From: an uncultured virus (IMG/VR IMGVR_UViG_3300011912_000001)
Taxonomy: Duplodnaviria > Heunggongvirae > Uroviricota > Caudoviricetes
Strand: one strand, 5' to 3'
DNA: 64,000 nucleotides
Virus record (IMG/VR): IMGVR_UViG_3300011912_000001
In this document: piece by piece, positions 20,304 through 30,269 of the stretch
How the letters are laid out: each line of letters starts with the position of its first letter
Numbering within the stretch: position 1 is the first letter of the stretch
Position numbers and translations under genes: made by a program
The notes under the pieces: model-generated
Told to the model about the DNA's origin: nothing
Databases searched by the model: none
The model's input: the letters and a program-made list of their open reading frames with translations, nothing else

Positions 20304-20844
20304 ACAAGAAGTCTATGCAGGAATTATTCAACATAAACGAACAGTGTATGGAATGGATGTCCATGAAATCATCGTCAGTGAAGCCGCTGTCGAATCCATT
20401 CTAAAGCTTCCTCATGGTCGTTTGACGAAAGAGGAACAACAAGATGCGGTGCGTCGTCTCGTCGCGCGTACGCCAAACTATGATGAACTGGAAGCCAATG
20501 ATGCGGGAGAGAAAATCATCGTGGCGTTGACACAAGAAACTGTCGTCAAATACTTAGCGGTGACAGATGTCATTGATACAGATAAGCATGACATTACCTA
20601 TGAATGTGGGATTGATGAAGAAGGTTCGATTCATGTCACAGTTATGTACCCGAACACACCACGAGAGGTACGTCGTGCAGTGAAGAAACAACTAGGCGAA
20701 AAAGAAATGAAACGCCAAGAAGAAATCATGAGTGAAGTGATGGCGCAACCGGAATTATTGGAACGGGCAAAAGCTAAGCTGGAAGAAAAGATTAAGAACA
20801 CCAAACAAAAACAAAAATCAAACTTTTTAAAACGTATCAAGTAA
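20296..20844 (+). CDS. Hypothetical protein
   Basis: Operon context. Confidence 0.65.
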   Translation: MNEQEVYAGIIQHKRTVYGMDVHEIIVSEAAVESILKLPHGRLTKEEQQDAVRRLVARTPNYDELEANDAGEKIIVALTQETVVKYLAVTDVIDTDKHDITYECGIDEEGSIHVTVMYPNTPREVRRAVKKQLGEKEMKRQEEIMSEVMAQPELLERAKAKLEEKIKNTKQKQKSNFLKRIK

Positions 20845-20865
20845 GATATTCTGGGGAGGATATAC

Positions 20866-21504
20866 ATGAAACGATTTAGCGAAATGACAGAAGAAGAATT
20901 GATTGAAGCGCGGGAAACAATGACCCCGGAACAAATCAAAGAATTCCTTCAAGAAGAAGAAGAGGAATTGGCACGTCTTGTGAAAGCGGCACCGATTCAA
21001 GAAGCTTCTATCGGGGAAGAAGAACAGGAAGACGACTCCGTTGTCCAGTTCAATCCTGAGACAGGAGAAGCAGTAGAAGTCGAAAGCACAATCGTGACAC
21101 GAGAAGTAGAAGAAGGATTCAAGCGAAAAACCATGGTAACCATCACCGATGAAAACGGAGAAGACTTCGGATATTTTGATACGATTCTTATCATCAAAGC
21201 GATTAAGAAAATGTTACAAGTTCGTTTAGAAGAAGAAAGAAAGACACACGATTTCAAACATGCATATGGGACACATTGGATGGAAAAACGAAGATTTAAA
21301 CTTAATGAGATAGAAAAAGATTTACGAGAAGAGATTACAGCATTACGTCGAATTCGAAATATTGCTCAAGTCAAGCAAGCAGTTGAAGTAGATGCAAAAC
21401 AACGGAACCTGAAAAAAGAAGTACAAGAGTTACCAAAAGAAATAATCGGGGAACTGAACGAAATCGTATCAAATCTAGCAGAAGAATTACTAGATATCCT
21501 GTAA
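20866..21504 (+). CDS. Hypothetical coiled-coil protein
   Basis: GGAGG RBS. Confidence 0.65.
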   Translation: MKRFSEMTEEELIEARETMTPEQIKEFLQEEEEELARLVKAAPIQEASIGEEEQEDDSVVQFNPETGEAVEVESTIVTREVEEGFKRKTMVTITDENGEDFGYFDTILIIKAIKKMLQVRLEEERKTHDFKHAYGTHWMEKRRFKLNEIEKDLREEITALRRIRNIAQVKQAVEVDAKQRNLKKEVQELPKEIIGELNEIVSNLAEELLDIL

Positions 21505-21578
21505 TATTTTTGTCATACTTTATTTACAAGGTTATTACTAAGGGTTAGCTTTAAGTTAGCCACAGGAGGAGTTTCAGA

Positions 21579-21878
21579 ATGAACGAAAAGTTTTTCGAGA
21601 AGCAAGGCTTCGTGGATGTAGTGGATGCACAACCAGTCGTTCTCAAAGAGGACGTACGCGAAAGCGAAGGCTATTATGAATACAAACACTATGCGGTTTC
21701 CGTGAAAGGGGAAGTCTACACAACGAAGAAAGAGGCGACATTGCCGCAAATTCTTTCGTGGGTAGAAGGAAAAGCAGACGTGATTCTATATGCCAGTGAT
21801 AAGGAAATCAAAGTACGCAAAGAAGTAAAATCGAACCGTCAACGACGCGGTAAAACAAAACAAGAAGAGGACAAGTGA
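21579..21878 (+). CDS. Hypothetical protein
   Basis: GGAG RBS. Confidence 0.6.
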   Translation: MNEKFFEKQGFVDVVDAQPVVLKEDVRESEGYYEYKHYAVSVKGEVYTTKKEATLPQILSWVEGKADVILYASDKEIKVRKEVKSNRQRRGKTKQEEDK

Positions 21879-22366
21879 TGGTTACATTAGGAATCGACCC
21901 GGGCAGTATTCGAGCAGGGCTTGCCGTCGTCAAAGACGGAGAGCTGGTGCATACGAGTACGGTTGCAGGGGAAGCCAATGACCCCGCCTCATTCTATAAT
22001 TTCTTTGAACAAATCGAACTCCTTATCCAAACGCATGCCGTTGACTACTTGATGTATGAAGGTCAATTTGCGAAAAACAATATTGACACACTCGTCAAGA
22101 TTGCACGGTCAACGGGTGTCATCGTTGCGGTGGCAGGGAAACATCAAATCCCAACTGAATGCAAAATGCCAAACAGTTGGCGTAAAATCTTCCATGATGT
22201 GTATGGCAAAGTGGAAAAAGGGAATCCTAGTAAGCGCGATACGTTTCGTGTCGTAAAAGAACGCTTCGGTGTTGTCACAAGCTTTAACAAAGACAACGAT
22301 ATTGCCGATGCGATTGGAATCGCCTATGCGATGTACTTATTAAAAAAGGGAGATGGAGACGCATGA
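21875..22366 (+). CDS. ruvC: RuvC-like Holliday junction resolvase
   Basis: LGIDPG, MYEG, PNSWRK, DIADAIGIA. Confidence 0.85.
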   Translation: MMVTLGIDPGSIRAGLAVVKDGELVHTSTVAGEANDPASFYNFFEQIELLIQTHAVDYLMYEGQFAKNNIDTLVKIARSTGVIVAVAGKHQIPTECKMPNSWRKIFHDVYGKVEKGNPSKRDTFRVVKERFGVVTSFNKDNDIADAIGIAYAMYLLKKGDGDA

Positions 22367-22752
22367 TTTTCTCATTTAAAAATTCCGGTGTAGAAGTAAC
22401 GGTTGAAGAACTCTATGCCATCATTGAGCAAGAGCAGTTTGATGAATTCTTCGATTTCTTGGCAGATTTAGAAGAAGAAGCAACGTTCATGAGCAATGAT
22501 GTATTCTCCCCGAATGACACAATAGAGCTAACTCCAGAACAACAAGACTTGCTACTGAGTCAACTCACGATGAATGGGTCCTATGAGAAAGATGAAGACG
22601 GACCACAAATCATTGAGATGAGTGACGATGATTTATTTAAGTATTTGTTTGGAGATGATTCTTCTGACGACGCCGGACTCAAATCAAACGAGTCAAACGA
22701 ATGGACAGCGGAAGACGAAAAACTAAAGAGGTTCATTCGACGACTCAAATAA
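22363..22752 (+). CDS. Acidic hypothetical protein
   Basis: Operon context. Confidence 0.6.
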   Translation: MIFSFKNSGVEVTVEELYAIIEQEQFDEFFDFLADLEEEATFMSNDVFSPNDTIELTPEQQDLLLSQLTMNGSYEKDEDGPQIIEMSDDDLFKYLFGDDSSDDAGLKSNESNEWTAEDEKLKRFIRRLK

Positions 22753-22765
22753 GGAGTCCTAGACA

Positions 22766-23563
22766 ATGAATGAACAAGTAGACCAATTAGTTGCCCAGTA
22801 TCAGCGGGGCGACGAGGAAGCGGCATATACGCTTCTTGTAATGTATGGTGGCGAAGATGGAACGTCTCAATTCTTAGGGAAATACCTGAAGCTATTGAAA
22901 CGGGAAGTCTTCGACCTCACAGATAAAGACACACGACGGTTCCTGCAACTGTATATGGTTGAGGGACGTGAAGCGCTCGTGAATCGGCATCAATCAAAAG
23001 AAGGTAAAGCGGCGGCGGCAAAGACTGCTAGCATGCTTGCCAAAGGATTAGCGCAATACGACGAGATGGATTTAATCCAAGACTTGCAGATGTTGTTCTT
23101 ACAACAAGCGATGCGCTACCGGAAACAAAAGAAACATGTCAACTTCTCAGGATATCTATACAACTCGTTTCGGTTTGCTGTCTTCAACTACTTGAAGAAG
23201 ACAGTCTTTAAATACGATGTATTGAACCATCCTTACATAGAGCAATTGGATGAAGAGTTAGTCGGAGAAGAAGGCATTAACATCAAAGATGAATGGTTCT
23301 ACGAGGACCGCTTCTTTGACCAAGAAGGAGAAGAGCTAGGACTTGACTGGGTCAACGGAGGACGCTGTAATGAAGCGTTCGAGAACCTGACGCAACTAGA
23401 GCGTCTGATTCTTAAATTAGCATATGAAGACAACAAAACGGATACTGAGATTGCGGAACATCTTGGTTTTCATCGAAACACGATTCTCAAATACCGCCAT
23501 GAGGCAAAACAACGACTCCAAGAAACATTGGAAGCGTTGAAAAAGGACGATGTATTCTTTTGA
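22766..23563 (+). CDS. Phage sigma70-family sigma factor
   Basis: QRGDEEA, DLIQD, FSGYL (region 2) and LTQLER..EIAEHLG (region 4 HTH). Confidence 0.8.
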   Translation: MNEQVDQLVAQYQRGDEEAAYTLLVMYGGEDGTSQFLGKYLKLLKREVFDLTDKDTRRFLQLYMVEGREALVNRHQSKEGKAAAAKTASMLAKGLAQYDEMDLIQDLQMLFLQQAMRYRKQKKHVNFSGYLYNSFRFAVFNYLKKTVFKYDVLNHPYIEQLDEELVGEEGINIKDEWFYEDRFFDQEGEELGLDWVNGGRCNEAFENLTQLERLILKLAYEDNKTDTEIAEHLGFHRNTILKYRHEAKQRLQETLEALKKDDVFF

Positions 23564-23985
23564 CAAAACCGAAGAAGAAGAACACGAATGGTGAATTGAT
23601 TCTGTTCCGCATCCTCGATAACATCATTCCGTTCGAACACATCAACCACGGGTATTATTCTTTCTTGCTTACGCCAAGAGGAGGAAAGATGCAACTCGAC
23701 AGATACTATCCGGGACTGAACTTGGCCTTTGAATTCCAAGGGACGCCCCACGATACTTATTTCCCTGAGATACACGGGTCCTATGAGGAGTTCGAGTATT
23801 ATCAGGAGTGTGATAAAATCAAGAAACGAATTTGCCGCGAACGTGGCATCACGTTGATTGAGGTCAAATACAATCACATCCTCTCAGACCAATCCATTCT
23901 GAGAGACATTCAAAAAAAGAATGGTCGTCTCTACCGATACATTGTAGCGGAGACGAAGAAATTGAATGAGGAAGGCACCCTTTGA
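23560..23985 (+). CDS. PD-(D/E)XK (Vsr/DUF559-like) endonuclease
   Basis: QLDRYYP..LAFEFQGTPH..DKIKKRIC..GITLIEV. Confidence 0.7.
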   Translation: MTKPKKKNTNGELILFRILDNIIPFEHINHGYYSFLLTPRGGKMQLDRYYPGLNLAFEFQGTPHDTYFPEIHGSYEEFEYYQECDKIKKRICRERGITLIEVKYNHILSDQSILRDIQKKNGRLYRYIVAETKKLNEEGTL

Positions 23986-24054
23986 GGGTGTCTTTTTTTT
24001 TTGTTTACTTTCAGAGAAAGAAATGGTTACAGTTTCCATGAAAGGACGTGACGT

Positions 24055-24435
24055 ATGGAACGGTTACATATTTTATTTAAGAACGGCAAAGAATTGGTCT
24101 CAGATGAAGTCCCTTATTTACAAGCGCTTCATTGGCGCAAATCCTTGATGCAAAATGAGATGATATGGCTGGTCACAAAAGAACGAGGGACACAAGTGGT
24201 TAGAGGAGAATGGGTGCAAGCGACACACTTGCATCGGGATGTATGGACGACGGAAGAAGTTGCCGCCGTCATGATGATGTTTCCTTGTATGGTCTATGAA
24301 TGTGAAAAAGGCTTGTACCAGTTCAGTAACGTCAGTAACAGTTACGAACACGGACACAAGCGTAAAGGGTATTGGGTGTGGGCACCAGCGGCCTTACCGG
24401 AGTCGGTGCATTGGCGCCCGGGCCACCTTCTGTAA
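24055..24435 (+). CDS. Hypothetical protein
   Basis: AAAGGA RBS; last + gene before the strand switch. Confidence 0.45.
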   Translation: MERLHILFKNGKELVSDEVPYLQALHWRKSLMQNEMIWLVTKERGTQVVRGEWVQATHLHRDVWTTEEVAAVMMMFPCMVYECEKGLYQFSNVSNSYEHGHKRKGYWVWAPAALPESVHWRPGHLL

Positions 24436-24870
24436 TTGAGGTTTCTTTTTAGGGTTCTCTTCTGTAGGAGGACCTTTTGGTATGACTTTTTGATAAGCAA
24501 TGATTTCATCACAAGACAAGATTTCAGGCACATCTCCAAAATAGCTAATGCGTACTTTGAACACATAAGAAACATCTGAGACGTCGATGCCTTCTGTCCT
24601 CAAATTACTTCTTAAAGCAGAACGCATCCTAGCAACCACTAGTTTGTTCCCATGGACATAGTGAAAATTCTTATGGGTAATGACGTCAATGGAATCTCCT
24701 ATCGGATTGACGACTGCCGCAAGTCCTACTCCATACAAGGCTCTAGTCGTACCGTCTTGATTAAAGACAGGGATGATGTAGATGCGAGTCCGTTGAAAGT
24801 AATGTTCAATCAAAGAACCTATGAGAAGAAAAGCGATGACGGCACCGCCAATATACAACAACCATATCAT
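24394..24870 (-). CDS. Membrane-anchored hypothetical protein
   Basis: N-terminal TM segment; RBS. Confidence 0.6.
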   Translation of the reverse strand: MIWLLYIGGAVIAFLLIGSLIEHYFQRTRIYIIPVFNQDGTTRALYGVGLAAVVNPIGDSIDVITHKNFHYVHGNKLVVARMRSALRSNLRTEGIDVSDVSYVFKVRISYFGDVPEILSCDEIIAYQKVIPKGPPTEENPKKKPQLQKVARAPMHRLR

Positions 24871-24884
24871 AGAATATCCCCTTT

Positions 24885-25838
24885 CTAGAGACGTATTGTA
24901 GGTCCTTTTGGAATCGCTCCTTTAGCACGGAAGGCTTTCATCTGGTTCTTTTGACGATACGCCCGGTAATAATTACTAGGAATGAAACTGTAATCATTGA
25001 TGCTATGAAACTTCTGTACCCCTAGATGGTATTGAGCATAAGGGATGATGCGAGAAGGAACTTCGCTGAAGGAAACATCATGCATATGATACTGCTTCGC
25101 ATACAATTGATAGAAACGAAGTAAGCGTCGAAAGAATGTTTCATGGTGAATCCCTAAGACCAAGGATAAGTGAGCGTCTTTTGCAGTCGCTCTTTTGGCA
25201 AGGAATTCAATCTTTTTCGCTTGAGGCTGAGAGAGTTTGATATTTAAGAACGTATCGTCTAAATGGTGGGCGCGAGCGAGACCATAAAAATCTTTCTTCA
25301 CACGTAATGTTAAAAAATAAAAAGGAACATCATCGTCCTCAGAAGACACTTCGGCGATGCGGATGTTCTCGAATATCCCTTCAAACTCTGTGGCAGGAGA
25401 AAATAAAGACGGCATGTACCACCGAAGATTGACATAGCTTTTTTGAGAAAGGTTTCGAGGGTCGAAGTAGACACTTTTAGTATGATGGAAAGTAAAGCTA
25501 TGGTCTTGAGTAACCCGGTAATAATGAATGAGGAAAAGAGTATCGGCTAAAAAGCGAAAAGACTTGGAGAAAGGAAGCCAAGGAAACAAGGCATAATCTT
25601 CGCTGATTGTAGCATAGCGTTCAAATTTATAATGGAAGTAGCCGTCGTTGCGGTCTTCAATGGAAGCATACAATAATTTGATTAAAGGAGTTAAGAGAAA
25701 GTGTATGCAAAGAATAATGAATACGGCACAAGAAATGACGCTTAAGGCGACTTGAAGCCACCAGACCCCAGCAAAAAGACCGGTGATGTAAATCAAAAAT
25801 AAACAGATACGCCAAAGCCATTTTTCATCGGTTTTCAT
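24885..25838 (-). CDS. Membrane hypothetical protein, aromatic-rich
   Basis: Two N-terminal TM segments; AAAGGAGG RBS. Confidence 0.65.
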   Translation of the reverse strand: MKTDEKWLWRICLFLIYITGLFAGVWWLQVALSVISCAVFIILCIHFLLTPLIKLLYASIEDRNDGYFHYKFERYATISEDYALFPWLPFSKSFRFLADTLFLIHYYRVTQDHSFTFHHTKSVYFDPRNLSQKSYVNLRWYMPSLFSPATEFEGIFENIRIAEVSSEDDDVPFYFLTLRVKKDFYGLARAHHLDDTFLNIKLSQPQAKKIEFLAKRATAKDAHLSLVLGIHHETFFRRLLRFYQLYAKQYHMHDVSFSEVPSRIIPYAQYHLGVQKFHSINDYSFIPSNYYRAYRQKNQMKAFRAKGAIPKGPTIRL

Positions 25839-26012
25839 GAAGAACCTCCTTTCAAAGAAAAAGAGCCAGTTAAGGCTCTTGAGTGAGTTGACGAATGATG
25901 TCTTGTTCTAAGACCGCTAGATGCGTCTGTAAGGCGTTGACGATGTCTAAGGCATGTTGGTATTCCTTTGCCTCTTGCATGTGCACAAGCTCGTCTGCTA
26001 GGAAGACAAGGG

Positions 26013-26243
26013 TTAAGTCTGGGAGTTTCGGGCGAGGCCTTCTTGCCATTCCTGAACCACTTCTTCCGACTCTTCCAGTTCTTGCGCATCTTCCATGCGA
26101 ATCGCCATCAGAGATTCTTGGGTAGGGTCGCTGACGATATACTGCAAACCATTGAACGTGATGGCATGAAAGACATCACCTTGTCGTTCTTTATACCAGA
26201 GACGGTCGTCCATCTCTGGGTTTTCTATCACACGAATAAACAT
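26013..26243 (-). CDS. Hypothetical protein
   Basis: AAGGAAG RBS after the nuclease stop. Confidence 0.55.
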   Translation of the reverse strand: MFIRVIENPEMDDRLWYKERQGDVFHAITFNGLQYIVSDPTQESLMAIRMEDAQELEESEEVVQEWQEGLARNSQT

Positions 26244-26261
26244 GGATACACTTCCTTTATT

Positions 26262-27080
26262 TTAGAATGGGACATCGTCTTCCATGAAGAGGTCTTCATA
26301 ACGGAAGGGATTCGAGTTCGGGTAACAGGTTTCCCGGTACTCACAGAAACGACACGGGACATCCGTGGGCGCAAACGGACGCTCTGGGAGTTCGTTATTG
26401 CGTGCCATTTGGACATATCGTTTGATGTCTGCTAAGACTTCATCAATAATGGTCTGGTCGTAAGCGACCTCGAACATCTTCTGGGCTTGGTTATTCTTGT
26501 CTTCATAATACAATGCCCCTTTTTTGATACCCGTTAAATAGAAATAAAGTTGGAGCTGACGGACGTGAGCGGGTTTACCGACACGTTTTAGCTTATTGAA
26601 ATTGGTCGTATTAATCGATTTGAACTCAATGATTTTAACAGCGTCCGGGTGTCCTTTGTAGACGACCTTATTCTTCGTGTCTTTTAACGTGATATGCGGG
26701 CTATCATCGAACTCATAGTTCTCTGGGATATCAAGGTCCCAGATGATGGCGTCGCTTCGTCCGCTGATGGCAAGCTCTTTGTCTTTTAAAGAGAGCTCTT
26801 CGGCAATCAGGATGCCCATGTCTTTGAAGATGTGTTCCATTCGATTATGGAAATAGGTCCCGTTCTCTAAGACGAGGAGGTCGTTGCCATCCTTCGGGGA
26901 GCCGGGATACTTAAGCATCTGATACAAAATCTTGCGTTCACATTGTCCGATGGAAGAAGGGTAGAACTTAATTTCGGTTTGCCCTTTATTTCGTTCAATG
27001 GAGCGGTTATAGTTCTGTTGTGAGAGATGCTCATGTACTGATTCGATTAAGTTTTTATTACGAAATTGTTCAGGGAACAT
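26262..27080 (-). CDS. Cas4/RecB-like exonuclease
   Basis: YPSSIGQCERK, GTYFH, GRSD, IEFKS, QLQLY, CRFCEYRETC; start reassigned after GGAGG. Confidence 0.85.
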   Translation of the reverse strand: MFPEQFRNKNLIESVHEHLSQQNYNRSIERNKGQTEIKFYPSSIGQCERKILYQMLKYPGSPKDGNDLLVLENGTYFHNRMEHIFKDMGILIAEELSLKDKELAISGRSDAIIWDLDIPENYEFDDSPHITLKDTKNKVVYKGHPDAVKIIEFKSINTTNFNKLKRVGKPAHVRQLQLYFYLTGIKKGALYYEDKNNQAQKMFEVAYDQTIIDEVLADIKRYVQMARNNELPERPFAPTDVPCRFCEYRETCYPNSNPFRYEDLFMEDDVPF

Positions 27081-27121
27081 GATGATACCTCCAAGATAAT
27101 ACATAGAAAAGTGGTGAGACC

Positions 27122-27502
27122 ATGCCAAAGAAAAAAATGTGGCATGAAGAAGACGACACAATCATGTCGGAACTAAAAATTGACCAGCAAGAATATGAAG
27201 AAACCATTCTTAAGAAGTATAAGAAACCTAGTACAAAAGGGAATGGGATTCCAGCGAAGTCGGCGATGGCGGCAGGTGGACGTAAATGCATCCAATGCTC
27301 TGACCAACTGTACATCAAAGAAGAAACAGAGAATGAAATCATCATTGTCTATTGCAAAAATTGTGGACTGGAAATGCATCATACGGACTTAGAGATGAGT
27401 GACTCAACAGACCATATGTATCGGTCGATACCGGATGCGTTAATGAACCGGTGCATGGAAGCACGAGCAGAACAAAAAGCGCGTGACCAGCGGAATCAAT
27501 GA
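27122..27502 (+). CDS. Zinc-ribbon hypothetical protein, divergent from the nuclease
   Basis: CIQC...CKNC. Confidence 0.55.
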   Translation: MPKKKMWHEEDDTIMSELKIDQQEYEETILKKYKKPSTKGNGIPAKSAMAAGGRKCIQCSDQLYIKEETENEIIIVYCKNCGLEMHHTDLEMSDSTDHMYRSIPDALMNRCMEARAEQKARDQRNQ

Positions 27503-27834
27503 ATCCGATTACGTAAAAATGGGACAAGTAAAATAGGTCCTAATAACAAGAAAGAGGGGACAGTCGAAAGCCAGAAATGGCGGGGCTGTTCTTTTTTCTC
27601 GTTCAGTAATTGCAATAATTCTTCGTTTAAATTATACAACTCCATGCGCTTCGTGAAATAACGCGCGGCGTTGCTAACGAGTGGTTGTTCGGATTCCATA
27701 CGTAGGTAAAAATCCATTTGGTCTTGGACTTCGATGGCATTATTTAACCAGCGATTTAATGTGAAAGCTCCTGCTCCTGTCCAGAGTAAAATGATAACAA
27801 GTAAACTAAGGAAAAACATCATGTCACATGACAC
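27496..27834 (-). CDS. Membrane hypothetical protein
   Basis: N- and C-terminal TM segments. Confidence 0.55.
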   Translation of the reverse strand: MSCDMMFFLSLLVIILLWTGAGAFTLNRWLNNAIEVQDQMDFYLRMESEQPLVSNAARYFTKRMELYNLNEELLQLLNEKKEQPRHFWLSTVPSFLLLGPILLVPFLRNRIH

Positions 27835-27897
27835 CTCCTTTCCTTATAAGTGTCACCTGTTCATAAAAAAAAAGCAAGAACGATTAAGTTCCTGCTT

Positions 27898-28107
27898 TCA
27901 TTCATCATATTCAAAGACAGGGGCTTCGACTTCCGGGAACGAGAACGTGACTTCAAAAAGTGAGACCGGGGAATCCGTTGTACCCAAGACTTTCGTAAAC
28001 GTATACTCTGCATCCAACATTTCCAGTGCTTCTAGTTTTGTCGTGAGTTCGTCGAATCCCCACACTTTTTTAGTGATTTTCGTTTCCATTTTTTTCTTTG
28101 CCTCCAT
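27898..28107 (-). CDS. Small hypothetical protein
   Basis: GGAGG upstream of the internal METK start; terminator-like hairpin downstream. Confidence 0.5.
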   Translation of the reverse strand: MEAKKKMETKITKKVWGFDELTTKLEALEMLDAEYTFTKVLGTTDSPVSLFEVTFSFPEVEAPVFEYDE

Positions 28108-28222
28108 TAGATAAGTAAGATGGTTAAGTTGTCGTTATATGATATATACCCATTATACTATTTCCTAACCATCGTTACATATCAGAATGTTCTCGAATGT
28201 ATTACAATTTTAGTATTTTGTT

Positions 28223-28447
28223 TCAGTCGCCTTCTTCGATAAAAGGAACAATTTGACAAATCACAGTAGGTTCTTTACTGCTGTCAATTCCTTGGACATA
28301 CATCATGACCCGTACAATTTCATAGAAGTCGTCATCGTCGGGGTCATCGGCGGCAGGATGAAGAAGAATTTTATCCCCTTCATGGAATCGGTAATCGATG
28401 TCCTTTTCTAATAAAACACGTTCGGTGCTTACGAATAAAGTACGCAT
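28223..28447 (-). CDS. Small hypothetical protein
   Basis: MRTLFV after AAAGGAGG. Confidence 0.55.
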   Translation of the reverse strand: MRTLFVSTERVLLEKDIDYRFHEGDKILLHPAADDPDDDDFYEIVRVMMYVQGIDSSKEPTVICQIVPFIEEGD

Positions 28448-28704
28448 GTTAATTTTCCTCCTTTGTTTTATCAATCCGTTCTGGTTTATTAATCTGTTCT
28501 AGATAAACGCGTTCAGAAGGAGCATCTTCTGTTTTCGCATTAAAGAATGGAATGGTATCTTCCACAATAAAGTACTTATCAAGGTCAGGTTCTTCTCTCG
28601 TGCGAAGCATAATCACCTGTCCTATAGAAAGGATTACCGTATGACGTTTAATCAAAACGCATTTGTTTTTGTGCATGAAATAGGTAGCCACTTTATATCT
28701 CCTT

Positions 28705-28992
28705 TCAATCCATGGGTTCGAGTAGTTCTTGTTCCATCCATTGTAGTTCTTCTTGCGTGACGAATTCAATACGGACGCTGGTGACGCGAGGGCCGATACC
28801 GGGTAAGTGCTGGACGGTCGCAAAGACTTCATAGTTCCCGTTACCAGTCGCGCCTAATACTTTTAGAGCGTCCGCATAATCTTCGGCGCCACCCATTAAC
28901 GTCAAATGAGTGTCGACGACACGCACAAAGCCAATGGATTTCTCAAAACCTTTAATGCGTAATGTTTTATTACGGGTTGTCATTGTACTCAT
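28705..28992 (-). CDS. Hypothetical protein
   Basis: Start near MSTMTTR after GAAAGG. Confidence 0.5.
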   Translation of the reverse strand: MSTMTTRNKTLRIKGFEKSIGFVRVVDTHLTLMGGAEDYADALKVLGATGNGNYEVFATVQHLPGIGPRVTSVRIEFVTQEELQWMEQELLEPMD

Positions 28993-29017
28993 TCCTTTCC
29001 ATAAAAAAAGGAAGAGC

Positions 29018-29383
29018 TCATAAGAGCTCCTCCAAATAGTGAGGTGTGGTCTGCTGGATATACCGTAGCTTGATTTTCTCCTCTGCATCCGTCAGAGGTA
29101 AGACCTGTTCTTTCATGAGATAGAACGCGGCGGCGACCGCATATTGTTTTGCCGCACGGTCTTGGAAAGAGTCTTCCCAGTATCCGTGCATGTCAAACGC
29201 AAAAACAATGTCTGCCATGAGGAACGTCTTTAAAATGAATTGAAGTTTGACGCGGGTACGTTCAGTCGAATCTTCATGACGAATCAGCATGTTATGCTCA
29301 TTGAACTGGATGGGGGTGTTGTGTGAAAAGTGAATCGTAAATTGATTAGGTGTAGGCATGAAAACGGTCCTTTCTTGGTTCAA
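29018..29383 (-). CDS. Hypothetical protein
   Basis: Operon context. Confidence 0.55.
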   Translation of the reverse strand: MNQERTVFMPTPNQFTIHFSHNTPIQFNEHNMLIRHEDSTERTRVKLQFILKTFLMADIVFAFDMHGYWEDSFQDRAAKQYAVAAAFYLMKEQVLPLTDAEEKIKLRYIQQTTPHYLEELL

Positions 29384-29601
29384 AGATAAAAGATATGACC
29401 AATTGCTGGCGGTGCTTCATCTTCATCTGTAAAGATGAGACTCTCGCCTACCTTACCATTTTCATCAGCGTAAGTGACAACATAGGAGCAATGGACAGTG
29501 TGTGTGTCTGGGTTCTCAAACAAGTGAGTGTTGACGATGTTTAAAACTTGTGCGCGGAGTAGCTTCTCTTGTGGCAATGACAGCCCTCCTTTCTTCCCCA
29601 A
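29380..29601 (-). CDS. Small hypothetical protein (true start probably a TTG near 29577)
   Basis: GAAAGGAGG lies inside the track ORF. Confidence 0.5.
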   Translation of the reverse strand: MGKKGGLSLPQEKLLRAQVLNIVNTHLFENPDTHTVHCSYVVTYADENGKVGESLIFTDEDEAPPAIGHIFYL

Positions 29602-29612
29602 CCGTGGAAGAA

Positions 29613-29632
29613 GAAGGGGCGTAGCCCCGGCT
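29613..29632 (-). promoter_or_regulatory. AGCCG-hairpin motif, copy 2
   Basis: GAAG-GGGC-GTA-GCCC-CGGCT; TATAAT about 10 nt upstream on the minus strand. Confidence 0.65.
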
Positions 29633-29684
29633 ATTGCTTTTATTATAAAGATAGGTTTCTATAAAAGAAAAGGAGGCGTTTTAA

Positions 29685-30236
29685 ATGTACCAACATTTAT
29701 ATGAAAATGAAGAAAACTATTCTAGTGTGTTTGGTGTGACAGAAACAAAAAGAGAAAATGGAAATACTTCTTTTGAATTCTCAGGAACAGGATTCTGGGA
29801 TAATTTTTCAGCAGGTAATGAATTAAAAGTAACATTGAAAGATAAATACCCTGAAAAGTTAGCAAAAGAAATGACAAAGAGTGACTATATCATTGTTAAC
29901 ACAAGTTGCCAAAAAGAATGGATTGAAGTTGAAAAAGGGGAAAAAACCGTCGTCGTTCGAAAAAATGTGATTCCACATCTTCAAATGTCTTTAAAAGAAA
30001 AATTTGAGAATGTCATTCAAACAGAATTAGGGGTTGGTTTTGAATCATGTCAAATTGTTTCATTCTACTGTTTCACAAGAGAAGCTTTTGTTGGAAAAGC
30101 AAAGTTGAATGAAGGACGGACATTGTTGTTTGATGAGTATGAAGACATTCAAGACCTATATATTTCTCATATTGTTGTTAAAATAAATGGAGAAAAAATA
30201 GAACTAGAAAGTACCATTCGAATGGATTCATTCTAA
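29685..30236 (+). CDS. AT-rich orphan gene (moron-like)
   Basis: AAGGAGG RBS; isolated + gene in a minus block; hairpin terminator at about 30246-30270. Confidence 0.7.
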   Translation: MYQHLYENEENYSSVFGVTETKRENGNTSFEFSGTGFWDNFSAGNELKVTLKDKYPEKLAKEMTKSDYIIVNTSCQKEWIEVEKGEKTVVVRKNVIPHLQMSLKEKFENVIQTELGVGFESCQIVSFYCFTREAFVGKAKLNEGRTLLFDEYEDIQDLYISHIVVKINGEKIELESTIRMDSF

Positions 30237-30269
30237 ACATAAGTAAAACCCCTCCGTGGAGGGGCTTTT

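Noticed and set aside
25835..26435. Overlapping alternative ORFs (25835-26089, 25895-26125, 25968-26435) and other antisense track ORFs
   Set aside because: Shadow frames of better-supported genes, without RBS or recognisable motifs
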